A stretch of DNA of 64,000 nucleotides from an uncultured Lachnospiraceae bacterium (GCA_944383965.1 CALWRQ010000001.1:2364-66363); one strand, 5' to 3'. Positions 49,144 to 60,185 are shown, counted from the stretch's first letter. Made by a program: numbers and translations. Notes: generated from the letters alone by a model not told the origin.

Positions 49144-51759
49144 TTATTTATTTCCGTAATAAGCTCTCAGGTACATCTCCTTGATCTCGCTCATCAGCGG
49201 GTATCTGGGGTTCGCACCGGTACACTGGTCATCAAATGCATTTTCAACCATTTCGTCCAGGGTGTCAAGGAAATATTTCTCGTCTACGCCGTAATCCTTG
49301 ATGGTGGCCTTGATTCCCACGGCCTTCTTTAATTCTTCGATCTTCTCGATCAGCTTCTTCACAGCCTCATCATCATCCTTTGCCTGGATGCCGCAGAAGC
49401 GTGCGCACTCCGCATATCTTGCCTTTGCATGAGGATACTCATACTGCGGGAACGTACCCATCTTCGTGGGAACATCTGCAGAGTTGTACTCCACGATCAT
49501 GGAGATCAGCAGAGCGTTGGCAACACCGTGGGGCAGATGATGGTAAGCGCCCAGCTTGTGAGCCATGGAATGGCACAGTCCCAGGAAGGCATTGGCAAAT
49601 GCCATACCTGCCATGCAGGAAGCGTCAGCCATCTTCTGGCGGGCCTGTACGTTGCTTCCGTCGTTGTATGCGGTGGGCAGATAATCAAATACGTTCTTCA
49701 TGGCCTTCAGTGCCAGACCGTCGGTATAGTCCGTTGCCATAACGGAAGCGTAAGCTTCCAGAGCATGGGTCAGTACATCCACGCCGGATGCGCTGGTCAG
49801 TCCCTTGGGCTGGCTCATCATATTGTCCGTATCTACGATAGCCATGTTGGGCAGAAGCTCGTAGTCAGCCAGCGGATATTTCACACCGGTCTCCTGGTCG
49901 GTAATAACTGCGAAAGGAGTTACCTCGGAACCGGTACCGGAAGAGGTGGGGATTGCTACAAAATAAGCTTTCTCACCCATCTTCGGGAAGGTATATACAC
50001 GCTTGCGGATATCCATGAAACGCATTGCCATATCCTGGAAGTCTACTTCCGGATGCTCGTACATTACCCACATGATCTTTCCTGCATCCATTGCGGAACC
50101 GCCGCCCAGAGCGATGATCACATCCGGCTGGAAGGCGTTCATGGCCTTTGCACCGGCCTGTGCGTTTGCCAGAGTAGGATCGGGCTGTACATCAGAGAAT
50201 ACGGTGTATACGATTCCCAGCTCATCCAGCTTGTCAGTGATCGGCTTGGTGTATCCGTTCATATATAAGAAGCTGTCGGTTACCAGGAAAGCTCTCTTCT
50301 TTCCAAGTACGTCTCTCAACTCATTTAATGCAACCGGCATGCAGCCTTTCTTAAAGTATACCTTCTGAGGCGCTCTGAACCACAGCATATTCTCTCTCCT
50401 CTCCGCTACGGTCTTAATGTTCAGCAAGTGCTTGATTCCTACGTTCTCGGAAACGGAGTTGCCGCCCCAGGATCCGCAGCCCAGCGTAAGGGAAGGAGTC
50501 AGCTTGAAGTTGTAAAGATCTCCGATGCCGCCGTGGGAGGACGGAGTATTCACAAGAATACGGCAGGTCTTCATGGCAGCCGCATGCTTTGCCATCTTTT
50601 CTTTCTCATTTACATTGATATACAGGGAGGAAGTATGGCCGTATCCGCCGTCTGCCACCAGTCTCTCTGCCTTGGCAAGCGCCTCATCAAAATCTTTGGC
50701 CTTGTACATAGCCAGTACGGGGGACAGCTTCTCATGAGCAAATTCCTCAGAAATATCTACGGACTCAACCTCACCGATCAGGATCTTGGTAGCTTCCGGA
50801 ACGGTAACTCCTGCCAGAGCGGCAATCTTGTAAGCCGGCTGACCGACGATCTTCGCATTCAGAGCTCCGTTGATGATAATGGTCTTTCTTACTTTCTCCA
50901 GCTCTTCCGGATTCAGGAAGTAGCAGCCTCTGTCACGGAACTCCTTCTTCACTGCCTCATAAACGGGAGCCAGCACGGTAACGGACTGCTCGGATGCACA
51001 GATCATACCATTATCAAAGGTCTTGGAATGAATAATGGAGTTAACAGCCAGTCTGATGTCCGCTGTATCATCAATAATCACGGGTGTGTTTCCTGCACCT
51101 ACGCCCAGAGCGGGTTTTCCGGAAGAATAAGCTGCTTTTACCATTCCCGGGCCGCCTGTTGCCAGGATGGTATCGGAACCTCTCATAACCTCGTTGGTCA
51201 GCTCCAGGGACGGTACATCGATCCATCCGATGATTCCCTCAGGAGCGCCGGCCTTTACTGCAGCATCCAGAACAACCTTGGCTGCAGCGATGGTGCAGTT
51301 CTTGGCACGGGGATGGGGGGAGATGATGATGGCATTTCTGGTCTTAAGAGCGATCAGGCTCTTGAAGATCGCTGTGGAAGTGGGGTTCGTTGTAGGAATG
51401 ACTGCAGCGATCAGTCCCAGGGGCTCAGCAATCTTTTTGATGCCGAATGCCTTATCTTCCTCAATCACTCCGCAGGTTTTGGTATCCTTGTACGCATTGT
51501 AAATGTACTCAGCTGCGTAGTGGTTCTTTGTGATCTTATCTTCCACCACGCCCATTCCGGTCTCCTCTACTGCCATCTTTGCCAGCGGGATTCTCATCTG
51601 GTTTGCTGCCTTGGCTGCCTCGTAAAAGATCTTATCCACCTGTTCCTGGGTGTATGTCGCAAAGATCTTCTGCGCCTCTCTCATCGCTTTCATTTTCGCG
51701 ATCAGCGCATCTACGTTGTCGATGATTTCTGGTACCTGTACTGCCTTTTCCTTTGCCAT
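49144..51759 (-). CDS. adhE: Bifunctional acetaldehyde-CoA/alcohol dehydrogenase
   Basis: ALDH domain (ICASEQ) plus Fe-ADH domain (GGGS, HSMAH), 871 aa. Confidence 0.97.
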   Translation of the reverse strand: MAKEKAVQVPEIIDNVDALIAKMKAMREAQKIFATYTQEQVDKIFYEAAKAANQMRIPLAKMAVEETGMGVVEDKITKNHYAAEYIYNAYKDTKTCGVIEEDKAFGIKKIAEPLGLIAAVIPTTNPTSTAIFKSLIALKTRNAIIISPHPRAKNCTIAAAKVVLDAAVKAGAPEGIIGWIDVPSLELTNEVMRGSDTILATGGPGMVKAAYSSGKPALGVGAGNTPVIIDDTADIRLAVNSIIHSKTFDNGMICASEQSVTVLAPVYEAVKKEFRDRGCYFLNPEELEKVRKTIIINGALNAKIVGQPAYKIAALAGVTVPEATKILIGEVESVDISEEFAHEKLSPVLAMYKAKDFDEALAKAERLVADGGYGHTSSLYINVNEKEKMAKHAAAMKTCRILVNTPSSHGGIGDLYNFKLTPSLTLGCGSWGGNSVSENVGIKHLLNIKTVAERRENMLWFRAPQKVYFKKGCMPVALNELRDVLGKKRAFLVTDSFLYMNGYTKPITDKLDELGIVYTVFSDVQPDPTLANAQAGAKAMNAFQPDVIIALGGGSAMDAGKIMWVMYEHPEVDFQDMAMRFMDIRKRVYTFPKMGEKAYFVAIPTSSGTGSEVTPFAVITDQETGVKYPLADYELLPNMAIVDTDNMMSQPKGLTSASGVDVLTHALEAYASVMATDYTDGLALKAMKNVFDYLPTAYNDGSNVQARQKMADASCMAGMAFANAFLGLCHSMAHKLGAYHHLPHGVANALLISMIVEYNSADVPTKMGTFPQYEYPHAKARYAECARFCGIQAKDDDEAVKKLIEKIEELKKAVGIKATIKDYGVDEKYFLDTLDEMVENAFDDQCTGANPRYPLMSEIKEMYLRAYYGNK

Positions 51760-51812
51760 GATTCATCCTCCTACTTTTTACTGGGTTCATTTCTATTGGG
51801 TTTTGTTTGGAT

Positions 51813-51863
51813 TCGTTATTTATTTAACGATTTCATTATATCTTAGTGTTAAAAAAATGTCAA
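51813..51863 (-). promoter_or_regulatory. adhE promoter with a Rex-like operator at the start site
   Basis: Perfect TTGACA-N17-TATAAT (51863-51835); palindrome TCGTTA-N6-TAACGA at 51813-51830; second site TTGATTAATTTTTAACAA at 52063-52080. Confidence 0.7.
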
Positions 51864-52144
51864 TTGTGGGAATTGTGGATATTTCTTTTCTTTCGTTTGG
51901 TTTTTTGGTTATTTTCTCCATTTTTCAGAAATAGGAGCCGGAATTGACAGGCATTGTTCCTTTCTTCTCCCTTTTCCTCAAGGTGTGAAAGGCGTTTTTT
52001 ACGGAGACTCCGGAAAAATCATTGTTACCAATTTTTCATTTTTTTTGAAAATCCGGTTTTTATTGATTAATTTTTAACAATATCAGGAGTCCCTATATGC
52101 AGAAACAGCCGGAAGCAACCGCTTCCGACTGTTTGCTCTTTCCT

Positions 52145-53596
52145 CTATTGTCCCGGGATCACCGGCACTGCTCCCTGGGGAACCGGACAGTAATATCCGC
52201 CTTTTGTCTTCTTTTCAAACTCCGCTCTGGCTTCCTTCAGGATCTCCGGATGTTCATAAAGATCCACAGCCGCTGCCGCAATGACCTTTCCTGCAGTAAG
52301 CACACCCTTATGTCCGATGGAGGTACAGCCGCAGGATACATTCTGCCAGCTGTGTCCGGGAGATCCGGATACGAAGGAGGCCACATTGATCTGCGCCGTA
52401 GGTGTCAGCCAGCTCACGTCTCCCACATCGGTAGAACCCGCCCTCTGCCTGTCGCTGTAATGATAGGGGATCAGGAAATCATTCATAGCCCTTGTGCCGT
52501 GTTCTGATTTCTCGTCCACAAATTCCGCAATCGCTTCGTCCTCATCGCAGGCAGATCCGGGAAGCTCATCCGACTTCACCTCAATGGATTCCATCAGCTT
52601 CTTAGCATAATCCATTTCCTCATCCGTATAGGAGGGCACTCCTACCTGGCTGAAATTATCCCAGAGCAGCTGTTCCAGAACCCGGTTGGGCACCGTATTG
52701 GAGCAGCCGTCAATAAACTGCTGGCGCACTTCCGTCTCCGTCATCATGGCTGCCGCCTGCGCGATCTTGTCCACCCGGGCCTGCAGGGCCAGAGCGTCCT
52801 TGGCCAGCTTGGAGCGGACCATGTAAAGCACTCTCGCATGGGGCTGAACCACGTTGGGGGAATTGCCTCCGGCATCGGTTATGGCGTAATGGATCCGGGC
52901 AGAATCCGGCATATGCTCTCTCAGGAACTGAACGCCCATGTTCATGATCTCCACTGCGTCCAGAGCGGAGCGTCCGAATTCCGGAGCACCGGAAGCATGG
53001 GACGCGATTCCCTTGAAAATGTATTCTGTCTGGATGCAGGTATTGCAGGTTCCGCTGGTCACCTGGTTTACGTCAGAAGGATGCCAGGTAAGCGCTCCGT
53101 CCAGTTCCTTCCAGACTCCGTCTCTGGCCATAAACGCCTTGGAAGCTCCCCCTTCCTCTCCGGGGCAGCCGTAGAAGATCACCGTCCCGTGGCCTTCTCC
53201 TTTTTTCTCCAGATATTTCTTCACTGCAAAAGCCGCAGCCATGGAGCCGGCTCCCAGCATATTGTGCCCGCAGCCGTGTCCGCAGCCGTCCTTGACCAGT
53301 TCTTCCCGTTCCACAGCTCCCGCTTTCTGAGACAGGCCGCTGAGAGCGTCATACTCAGCCAGAATACCGATCACCGGTTTTCCGGAACCGTAAACTGCTT
53401 TAAACGCAGTCTCGATCCCCGCCACCGGCGTTTCCACCTGAAATCCTTCGTCCTTCAGGACCTGGCAATAGAGCTTCGCCGACTGAAACTCCATAAGGGA
53501 CAGTTCCGCAAATTCCCACACCTTGTCGGAAACATGGGTGATCACATCCTGCTTCTCATCAATATAATCCAAACATTCCTTTTTTAACTCGTCCAT
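52145..53596 (-). CDS. M20 amidohydrolase, AbgB-like
   Basis: EYDAL.GLSQ, GHGCGHN, PGEEG, GSTDVGDVSW and PGHSW motifs. Confidence 0.85.
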   Translation of the reverse strand: MDELKKECLDYIDEKQDVITHVSDKVWEFAELSLMEFQSAKLYCQVLKDEGFQVETPVAGIETAFKAVYGSGKPVIGILAEYDALSGLSQKAGAVEREELVKDGCGHGCGHNMLGAGSMAAAFAVKKYLEKKGEGHGTVIFYGCPGEEGGASKAFMARDGVWKELDGALTWHPSDVNQVTSGTCNTCIQTEYIFKGIASHASGAPEFGRSALDAVEIMNMGVQFLREHMPDSARIHYAITDAGGNSPNVVQPHARVLYMVRSKLAKDALALQARVDKIAQAAAMMTETEVRQQFIDGCSNTVPNRVLEQLLWDNFSQVGVPSYTDEEMDYAKKLMESIEVKSDELPGSACDEDEAIAEFVDEKSEHGTRAMNDFLIPYHYSDRQRAGSTDVGDVSWLTPTAQINVASFVSGSPGHSWQNVSCGCTSIGHKGVLTAGKVIAAAAVDLYEHPEILKEARAEFEKKTKGGYYCPVPQGAVPVIPGQ

Positions 53597-53607
53597 GCCG
53601 TCGCCTC

Positions 53608-54348
53608 CTAATAGAGTACCTTTCCAAGGAATTCCTTTGTTCTGGGATTCTGGGGATTTCCGAAGATCTCTTCCGGAGTTCCCTTTTCCGCAATGATGCC
53701 TCCGTCCATGAAGAACACCCGGTCAGAAACCTCTCTGGCAAAGCCCATCTCATGGGTGACAATCACTGTGGTCATTCCTGTCTTTACCAGTTCTTTGATA
53801 ACCGCAAGCACTTCCCCTACCATTTCCGGATCCAGTGCAGACGTGGGCTCATCAAACAGCATCACATCCGGCTCCATAGCCAGGGCGCGGACGATCGCCA
53901 GACGCTGTTTCTGTCCGCCGGACAGTCTTTTGGGATACTCATTGATCTTCTCCAGAAGTCCGACTCTGTTCAGCAGCTCCGCTGCCATTTCATCTGCCTC
54001 CTTCTGAGATTTCTTGCCCAGAAGTACCGGAGCCATGGTAATATTCTGACCTACGGTCATGTTGGGAAATACGTTGAAGTGCTGGAATACCATGCCCATT
54101 TTCTGGCGGTGCACATTGATATCCACTTTTTTGTCCGTAATATCCACGCCTTCAAAGTAGATCTTTCCTTCATCGGGGATCTCCAGCAGGTTCAGGCACC
54201 GGAGAAATGTACTCTTTCCGCCGCCGGACGGACCGATCACGGACACTACCTCGCCCTGGGTGATATGCTCCGTCACCCCTTTCAGGACATGAAGATCTCC
54301 GAACTTTTTATGTAAGTTTTCTACCTTTAATAATTCCTTATCAGTCAC
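53608..54348 (-). CDS. Polar amino acid ABC transporter ATPase
   Basis: [13 protein letters not shown] and [10 protein letters not shown] motifs. Confidence 0.93.
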   Translation of the reverse strand: MTDKELLKVENLHKKFGDLHVLKGVTEHITQGEVVSVIGPSGGGKSTFLRCLNLLEIPDEGKIYFEGVDITDKKVDINVHRQKMGMVFQHFNVFPNMTVGQNITMAPVLLGKKSQKEADEMAAELLNRVGLLEKINEYPKRLSGGQKQRLAIVRALAMEPDVMLFDEPTSALDPEMVGEVLAVIKELVKTGMTTVIVTHEMGFAREVSDRVFFMDGGIIAEKGTPEEIFGNPQNPRTKEFLGKVLY

Positions 54349-55021
54349 CTGCGCTCATTCTCCTTTCCATAGCCAGCACACACTTCGACAGACTGAAGGT
54401 CACCACGAAATAAATGATACCTACAATGATCAGCGGTTCGATCGTCAGATAAAGGGCACCGGAAATCGTCTTGTACTGAGTCATCAGTTCGCCCACGAAG
54501 AACGTAGACGCCAGTGAAGTCTCCTTGATCATAGTTACAAACTCATTGCACAATGCCGGAAGAATATTCTTCACCGCCTGCGGAAGCACTACATGGATCA
54601 TGGCCTGCTTGGAATTCAGTCCCAGGCAGCGGGCCGCCTCCGTCTGGCCCCTGTCCACTGCCTGAATGCCGGCGCGGATAATCTCAGATACATACGCTGC
54701 GGAATTCAGACACAATGCGATGGTAATACAGGTAAACTTGCTGGGCTCCCAGAAATATACCAGATCAGGAAGAAGGAAATAGAAAAAGTACAGCTGCAGC
54801 AGCAGAGGTGTTCCGCGGACGATCTCCACAAACATTCCGACCACGGCAGACAGCGGTTTCACATTTCCTACCTTCCATTTGCTCATTCTCATAAGCGCCA
54901 GGAAAAATCCGATCACGCAGCCTGCCAGCACGGTGATCAGGCTGAGAAGCAGTGTATATCCCAGACCGGTAAGGAACAGATTCCAGTACTGGGTCCAGAC
55001 TTTTGCAATATTTTCAATCAC
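54341..55021 (-). CDS. Polar amino acid ABC transporter permease
   Basis: RGTPLL.Q and AY..E..RAGI...GQ.EAA motifs. Confidence 0.93.
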   Translation of the reverse strand: MIENIAKVWTQYWNLFLTGLGYTLLLSLITVLAGCVIGFFLALMRMSKWKVGNVKPLSAVVGMFVEIVRGTPLLLQLYFFYFLLPDLVYFWEPSKFTCITIALCLNSAAYVSEIIRAGIQAVDRGQTEAARCLGLNSKQAMIHVVLPQAVKNILPALCNEFVTMIKETSLASTFFVGELMTQYKTISGALYLTIEPLIIVGIIYFVVTFSLSKCVLAMERRMSAGD

Positions 55022-55036
55022 GGAAGGTTCCTCCTT

Positions 55037-55870
55037 TTACTGTGTGGAAATTCCAAGGGCCTCAGCCTGTTCTACAGCCTCATCCCACCACTGTTTGTAA
55101 AGACCCTTGGCCATTACATCATCAACGATCTTATTGATCTCTGCCAGCAGTTCATCCTGGCCCTTGGTCACAGCAACCACGTTGCCGGCAGACTCATAGT
55201 CGAAATAGTAATCAGCCATCGCCAGTTCCGGATAGTTCGCCACATAGGAATCGCCTACGGAAGCAGCCACTGCCAGAGCGTCGATCTTTCCTGTCGTAAG
55301 CATCATAATACCGTCATTTACATTGCTCAGGCTTTCCAGCTGCGTATCCTCCGGAAGCTGTTCCTTGACCAGATTCTGCTGAAGAGCTCCGTTCTGAGCG
55401 CCTACCTTCTTTCCGGAAAAATCTTCCGCCGTCGCATACTCGGATGCTTTTTCCTTCAGAACCAGAAGTCCCTGATCCTTTCCGTCTCCGCTCTCCGCTT
55501 TATAATAATTGGACATTCCCATGTTTTCTTCTCTCTCCGGCGTCTTGGCAAAGCCGGCAATCGCTATATCCACCTTTCCCGTGCTGATCGCGGCCTCAAC
55601 AGCGGCAAAATCCATCGCCTCAATCTGAAGCTCTACTCCCATCTGCTCAGCAATGTATTTTCCCAGCTCAATCTCTGCTCCCAGATATTTCGTTTCTCCG
55701 GAGCTTACATCCTGGAACTCATAAGGTGCAAAGTCCGGGCTGGTAGCCATTACGATCACGCCTTTTTCCTTGATCGTCTCCAGTTTATTTTCTTCCTTCT
55801 TTCCGCAGCCTGCCGCAGCCAGCAGCGCCAGACTCATCATTCCCACCGCAGCGATTTTCTTCATAATCAT
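55037..55870 (-). CDS. Amino acid ABC transporter substrate-binding lipoprotein (family 3)
   Basis: AAGC lipobox; [10 protein letters not shown]. Confidence 0.9.
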   Translation of the reverse strand: MIMKKIAAVGMMSLALLAAAGCGKKEENKLETIKEKGVIVMATSPDFAPYEFQDVSSGETKYLGAEIELGKYIAEQMGVELQIEAMDFAAVEAAISTGKVDIAIAGFAKTPEREENMGMSNYYKAESGDGKDQGLLVLKEKASEYATAEDFSGKKVGAQNGALQQNLVKEQLPEDTQLESLSNVNDGIMMLTTGKIDALAVAASVGDSYVANYPELAMADYYFDYESAGNVVAVTKGQDELLAEINKIVDDVMAKGLYKQWWDEAVEQAEALGISTQ

Positions 55871-56139
55871 ATCCTCCTCATGAAGGGAGATCTCCCCTTT
55901 ATTTTTCTTTTTATACACTATACTGTATATTTATGTATTTGTAAATAGCAGTTTTGTATAATTCTTTCTGTATTTTTCTATGTACAATGGGAAAATTTGC
56001 ATAAAACTTTCCGGTTTTTTTGTATAAAATGCAGTATTTATTCACTTGTTCTGCATAAAACCTTCCCGCAGGGAAACAGCTTCTTGTATTTCCCTCCTGT
56101 TTCCAGTAAAATAGAAGAATACATTCAGGAGGATATACC

Positions 56140-57054
56140 ATGGACTTAAGACAACTGGAATACATTATAAAGATTGCTGACGAAAGCAGCATCACCAAAG
56201 CGGCGGAGCGCCTTTACATCACCCAGTCCGGCCTGAACCAGCAGCTTCTGAAGCTGGAATCCGAGCTGGGCATTCAGCTTTTTCACCGCTCCAAAAATGA
56301 TTTCCGACTGACGGAAGCCGGTCATGTGTACGTCTCCTATGCCAGAAAGATTCTCCGGCTGAAGCAGGAGGCCTACAATATTCTGAACGACATGGCGGAT
56401 AATAAAATCGGAACGCTACGGGTAGGATTGACTCCCGAGCGGGGAACCCCTATGTTCATGGAAATCTATCCGGCATTTTACGCCAAATACCCTCACATCA
56501 CCATAGAACCTCTGGAAATCGGGGTCCGGGAGCAACTGACGCGGATTTCCAAGGGTTACCTGGATCTGGGATTCGTCACTATCACAGACCATGACAAGGC
56601 CATTTTTGAATATGAGCACATTCTGTCTGAAGATCTTCTGCTGGCCATTCCCAGCAGCCACCCCATGGCACGGAAGGCAGCTCCTGCCGACGGAAAATAT
56701 CCGGAGATGAACCTGGAATATTTCAAAAATGACCGGTTTGTGCTTATGACAAAGGGATCTACCATGCGGAATCTGATCAATCCCCTGTTCAAAGCGGCCG
56801 GCTACAATCCCAACGTGCTGTTTGAATCTGCCAGCAATTTTTCGCTCCGCTCCATTGTGAAGCGACGGATCGGCTGCACCATTCTCCCTGCAGCTTATGC
56901 AGCGCCGGACCCGAACATTGCTTACTTTTACCTTCCGTCCCGCCCTTCCTGGGAGCTTTCCGCCGTATACAAAAAGGGATCCTACCAGATGAAGGCGGCA
57001 AAGGACTTTATCCAGCTGGCCAGGGATTACTGGACGGAACATCCATGCGTCTGA
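56140..57054 (+). CDS. LysR family regulator
   Basis: SITKAAERLYITQSGL HTH; divergent from the ABC operon. Confidence 0.9.
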   Translation: MDLRQLEYIIKIADESSITKAAERLYITQSGLNQQLLKLESELGIQLFHRSKNDFRLTEAGHVYVSYARKILRLKQEAYNILNDMADNKIGTLRVGLTPERGTPMFMEIYPAFYAKYPHITIEPLEIGVREQLTRISKGYLDLGFVTITDHDKAIFEYEHILSEDLLLAIPSSHPMARKAAPADGKYPEMNLEYFKNDRFVLMTKGSTMRNLINPLFKAAGYNPNVLFESASNFSLRSIVKRRIGCTILPAAYAAPDPNIAYFYLPSRPSWELSAVYKKGSYQMKAAKDFIQLARDYWTEHPCV

Positions 57055-57135
57055 ACAATCATTTCAAAAAAGTGCCTCAGCAGCTTCGCATCCTTTGCGT
57101 TTTTCTGCTGAGGCACTTTCTGTTTTTCTTATTTT

Positions 57136-57843
57136 TTACTTTCTTCTTCCTGCAAAACGGACCAGATACAGGAACAGGTTCACAAAATCCAGATACAGCG
57201 CAAGGGCGGAAAAGATAGAAGCCTTTGACGCCATCTCCGGCCTGCCGGAGTAAACCTCATAATACATGCGGATCTTTCCCGTATCATAGGCAGTGATCAC
57301 CAGAAACAGGAAGATTCCCAATGCGCAGACTGCCGTCTCAAACTGAGTCAGGTTGATAAACATGGAAAGCATCCAGAACACTGCCAGGAACACCAGACCT
57401 GCCGTCATCAACGGCCGGAGTCTGCTGAAATCCACATTCATAGTATAACCCAGAACCGCCATGATCCCGAAAAACAGGGATGTGGCTCCGAACGCAAAGA
57501 TCAGGCTTCCCACCTGGTAAATCAGGAACAGAGAAGAAAATACCAGACCGTTTAACGCCGCATAAACAAAAAACATGGCCCGTGCCGTTCCCACAGACAT
57601 CTTCTCAATCCGGGCTGACAGATACACCACCACTCCCAGTTCTGCTACCAGCAGGATCATGGGCAGATAGGGATTGATAAAAAGGTAGTACACATATCCT
57701 GTGATATACCCGAACAGCGCTATGGCAAAGGTAAGAAGAAGACCGGCAAACATCCAGCCGAAGGTTTTTGCCGTATATCTTCCAAGAGATTCCGCCTGAT
57801 ATCCTTCCGCCGACGGATAGTATTCGTTTCCATTCAGATTCAT
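57136..57843 (-). CDS. Bax inhibitor-1/YccA family membrane protein
   Basis: About seven TM segments; AYDT and ALALYLDFVNLF motifs. Confidence 0.88.
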   Translation of the reverse strand: MNLNGNEYYPSAEGYQAESLGRYTAKTFGWMFAGLLLTFAIALFGYITGYVYYLFINPYLPMILLVAELGVVVYLSARIEKMSVGTARAMFFVYAALNGLVFSSLFLIYQVGSLIFAFGATSLFFGIMAVLGYTMNVDFSRLRPLMTAGLVFLAVFWMLSMFINLTQFETAVCALGIFLFLVITAYDTGKIRMYYEVYSGRPEMASKASIFSALALYLDFVNLFLYLVRFAGRRK

Positions 57844-57907
57844 AAATCCAATCCTCCTTTTCAGAATTTATCATTACTATATCACAAATGTTCTGAAAGC
57901 ACAAATC

Positions 57908-57941
57908 AAAAAAAGCCTGCGGTCCAAAAAGACCGCAGGCC
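57908..57941 (-). terminator. Terminator of rpsF-ssb-rpsR
   Basis: GCCTGCGGTC/GACCGCAGGC hairpin followed by a T run on the minus strand. Confidence 0.75.
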
Positions 57942-57954
57942 GATTTCCTGAGAA

Positions 57955-58221
57955 TTACTCGCAGGTGTAGGGCATCAGGGACAGATGACGTGCTCTCTTG
58001 ATCGCAACCGTCAGAGCTCTCTGGTGCTTTGCGCAGTTTCCGGTGATTCTTCTGGGAAGGATCTTACCTCTCTCGGAAACGTATCTCTTTAACTTGTTTA
58101 CATCCTTATAATCAATGACGCCGTTCTTCTCGCCGCAGAAAACACAAACTTTTTTTCTTCTGCGCATTCCGCCTCTTCTTACCTTAGCACCATCAGCCTT
58201 ATCGTTCTTATTGAAAGCCAT
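57955..58221 (-). CDS. rpsR: 30S ribosomal protein S18 (Zn-binding form)
   Basis: CVFC...IDYKD...GKILPRR. Confidence 0.97.
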   Translation of the reverse strand: MAFNKNDKADGAKVRRGGMRRRKKVCVFCGEKNGVIDYKDVNKLKRYVSERGKILPRRITGNCAKHQRALTVAIKRARHLSLMPYTCE

Positions 58222-58243
58222 TTTGCGTTACCTCCTCGAATAT

Positions 58244-58702
58244 TTAGTTAAAAGGAAGACCCTCGTCCTCCACTCCGTCAGGAATGTTCATGAATCCATC
58301 GCCGATGGCGCTGGACGGTGCCGGTCTCTCAGCCGGTGCAGCAGGACGGTATCCGCCCATATCTGCGGCGGCTCCCTTGCTGTCTGCAAACTCCTGATCG
58401 TCTACAATTACCTCTGTGGTATATACTTTCTGACCGTCTCTGTTGGTATAGCTACCTGTCTGGATCCTGCCGGATACCAGCACTCTCATTCCCTGACGGA
58501 AATATCTCTCTGCAAACTCTCCGGCGCGGTCAAATGCCACACAGGGAATAAAGTCTGCGGTCTGTTCTGTGCTGTCCTGGCTCCTGCGGCCTCTTCTGTC
58601 CACAGCCAGCGTATATCTGGCAATGGCCATGGAGCGCTCGCCCTGGGAATACCGTACTTCCGGGTCCCTGGTAAGCCTTCCCATTAAGATCACTCTGTTC
58701 AT
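58244..58702 (-). CDS. ssb: Single-stranded DNA-binding protein
   Basis: MNRVILMGRLTRDPE; acidic LPF tail. Confidence 0.97.
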   Translation of the reverse strand: MNRVILMGRLTRDPEVRYSQGERSMAIARYTLAVDRRGRRSQDSTEQTADFIPCVAFDRAGEFAERYFRQGMRVLVSGRIQTGSYTNRDGQKVYTTEVIVDDQEFADSKGAAADMGGYRPAAPAERPAPSSAIGDGFMNIPDGVEDEGLPFN

Positions 58703-58723
58703 ACGATCACTCTTTCTTATCTA

Positions 58724-59011
58724 TTACGCATCCTGTCTAACGCATAAGTATCTGATAACCGGCTCCATGATGCGAACGTGAGCTTCTACCTCGTTCGGGC
58801 ATACGGAATCGCCATCAAACTGGATGAAGTAATAATAAGCCTCTTTCATCTTCTGGATCTCGTAGGCCAGTCTCTTTTTGCCCCACTCGTCCACGTTGGT
58901 AACGGTACCGCCGAAACGGGTGATATAGCCTTTCACCTTCTCGATCGCGGCTGCTCTCTCTTCATCCTCAAGTTTAGCGTTCAGAACAACTGCTAACTCG
59001 TACTTGTTCAT
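58724..59011 (-). CDS. rpsF: 30S ribosomal protein S6
   Basis: YE...WGKKRLAYEI. Confidence 0.97.
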   Translation of the reverse strand: MNKYELAVVLNAKLEDEERAAAIEKVKGYITRFGGTVTNVDEWGKKRLAYEIQKMKEAYYYFIQFDGDSVCPNEVEAHVRIMEPVIRYLCVRQDA

Positions 59012-59020
59012 CTTTCTTTA

Positions 59021-59065
59021 CCTCCTTGTGGTCTCTGGCCCCTGCTTTCAGTACAGGAGCAAGGA
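59021..59065 (-). promoter_or_regulatory. S6:S18 ribosomal leader (autoregulatory RNA)
   Basis: CCTTG pairs with CAAGG of the SD; inner hairpin CTCCTG...CAGGGG followed by CCA. Confidence 0.6.
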
Positions 59066-59139
59066 TAAATAGTTGTCACGGGTTAATATGATACCAGAAA
59101 AACCCCTTTAAATCAAGGGGTTTTTCTCACTTTTTTGTC

Positions 59140-59337
59140 CTATTTTTCCGGCTTTCTCAGCGCTCTGGTGCTTTTCTCCACCAGAGGTCTGGCCATCATC
59201 ACCTGGTGTCCGCAGCCTGTACACTCCAGACGGAAATCCGCTCCCACACGGAGGATCTTCCATTCGAAGCTTCCGCAGGGATGGGGTTTTTTCAGTTTTA
59301 CAATATCTCCCACTTCATATAATAATCGTTCTTTCAT
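59140..59337 (-). CDS. DUF951 family protein
   Basis: GDIV.LKKPHPCGS..W...RVGADF. Confidence 0.88.
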   Translation of the reverse strand: MKERLLYEVGDIVKLKKPHPCGSFEWKILRVGADFRLECTGCGHQVMMARPLVEKSTRALRKPEK

Positions 59338-59402
59338 ATTTTCCCTAAGCAGCCTTTATCTGCCGTCCCTCTTTCTCCGATTTTTCCATCGCTTATCCGT
59401 GG

Positions 59403-60134
59403 TCAGTCTTTTGCTCCCTCCCACGCCCGGCCCAGGATCTGTCCGATGCTGCCTGCGACGACCAGATCCGCCCGACCATCCAAGGGAGTCGCGTCCCGGT
59501 TGATCAGAACCAGCTTTTTCCCCTGGTAATAATCCACCAGTCCGGCAGCCGGATATACGGTCAATGAGGTGCCGCCCACGATCAGCATATCCGCACGGCT
59601 TATGTAATCCACCGCCCGGTTCAGCGTTCTCATATCCAGGCCTTCCTCATAGAGCACCACATCCGGCTTGATCATTCCTCCGCATGAGCAGCGGGGAACT
59701 CCCTCCGATTCCCGGATCTTCTCCACTCCGTAAAACTTTCCGCAGCGGGTGCAGTAATTGCGGAGAACCGAACCATGCAGTTCCAGGACCTCCCTGCTTC
59801 CCGCCGCCTGATGAAGGCCGTCGATATTCTGAGTGATCACCGCTTTCAGCTTTCCTGCCTGCTCCATCTCTGCCAGAGCCAGATGGGCTCTGTTGGGCTT
59901 TGCCCCGGCGGCGATCATCTTATGGCGGTAAAAACGGTAAAATTCCTCCGGCTTCTTCATATAAAAGGTATGACTCAAAATCTGTTCCGGCGGATAATCA
60001 TACTGCTGATGATAAAGTCCATCCTGGCTTCTGAAATCCGGAATCCCGCTTTCTGTGGAAACTCCCGCTCCTCCGAAAAAGACAATATTGTCACTTTCTC
60101 CGATCCACTGTCTCAGCTGTTCTGCTGCTTCCAT
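59403..60134 (-). CDS. cobB: NAD-dependent protein deacylase (sirtuin)
   Basis: GAGVSTESGIPDFR, TQNIDGLH, HG and CxxC motifs. Confidence 0.92.
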   Translation of the reverse strand: MEAAEQLRQWIGESDNIVFFGGAGVSTESGIPDFRSQDGLYHQQYDYPPEQILSHTFYMKKPEEFYRFYRHKMIAAGAKPNRAHLALAEMEQAGKLKAVITQNIDGLHQAAGSREVLELHGSVLRNYCTRCGKFYGVEKIRESEGVPRCSCGGMIKPDVVLYEEGLDMRTLNRAVDYISRADMLIVGGTSLTVYPAAGLVDYYQGKKLVLINRDATPLDGRADLVVAGSIGQILGRAWEGAKD

Positions 60135-60185
60135 ATCCGCACCCCTTTCCTGTTCCGCCGGGCCGGCCGGCCCGTATTTCTTTTC

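Noticed and set aside
51864-51883. DnaA boxes upstream of adhE (TGTGGGAAT, TGTGGATAT)
   Set aside because: One to two mismatches each and only two copies; could be chance
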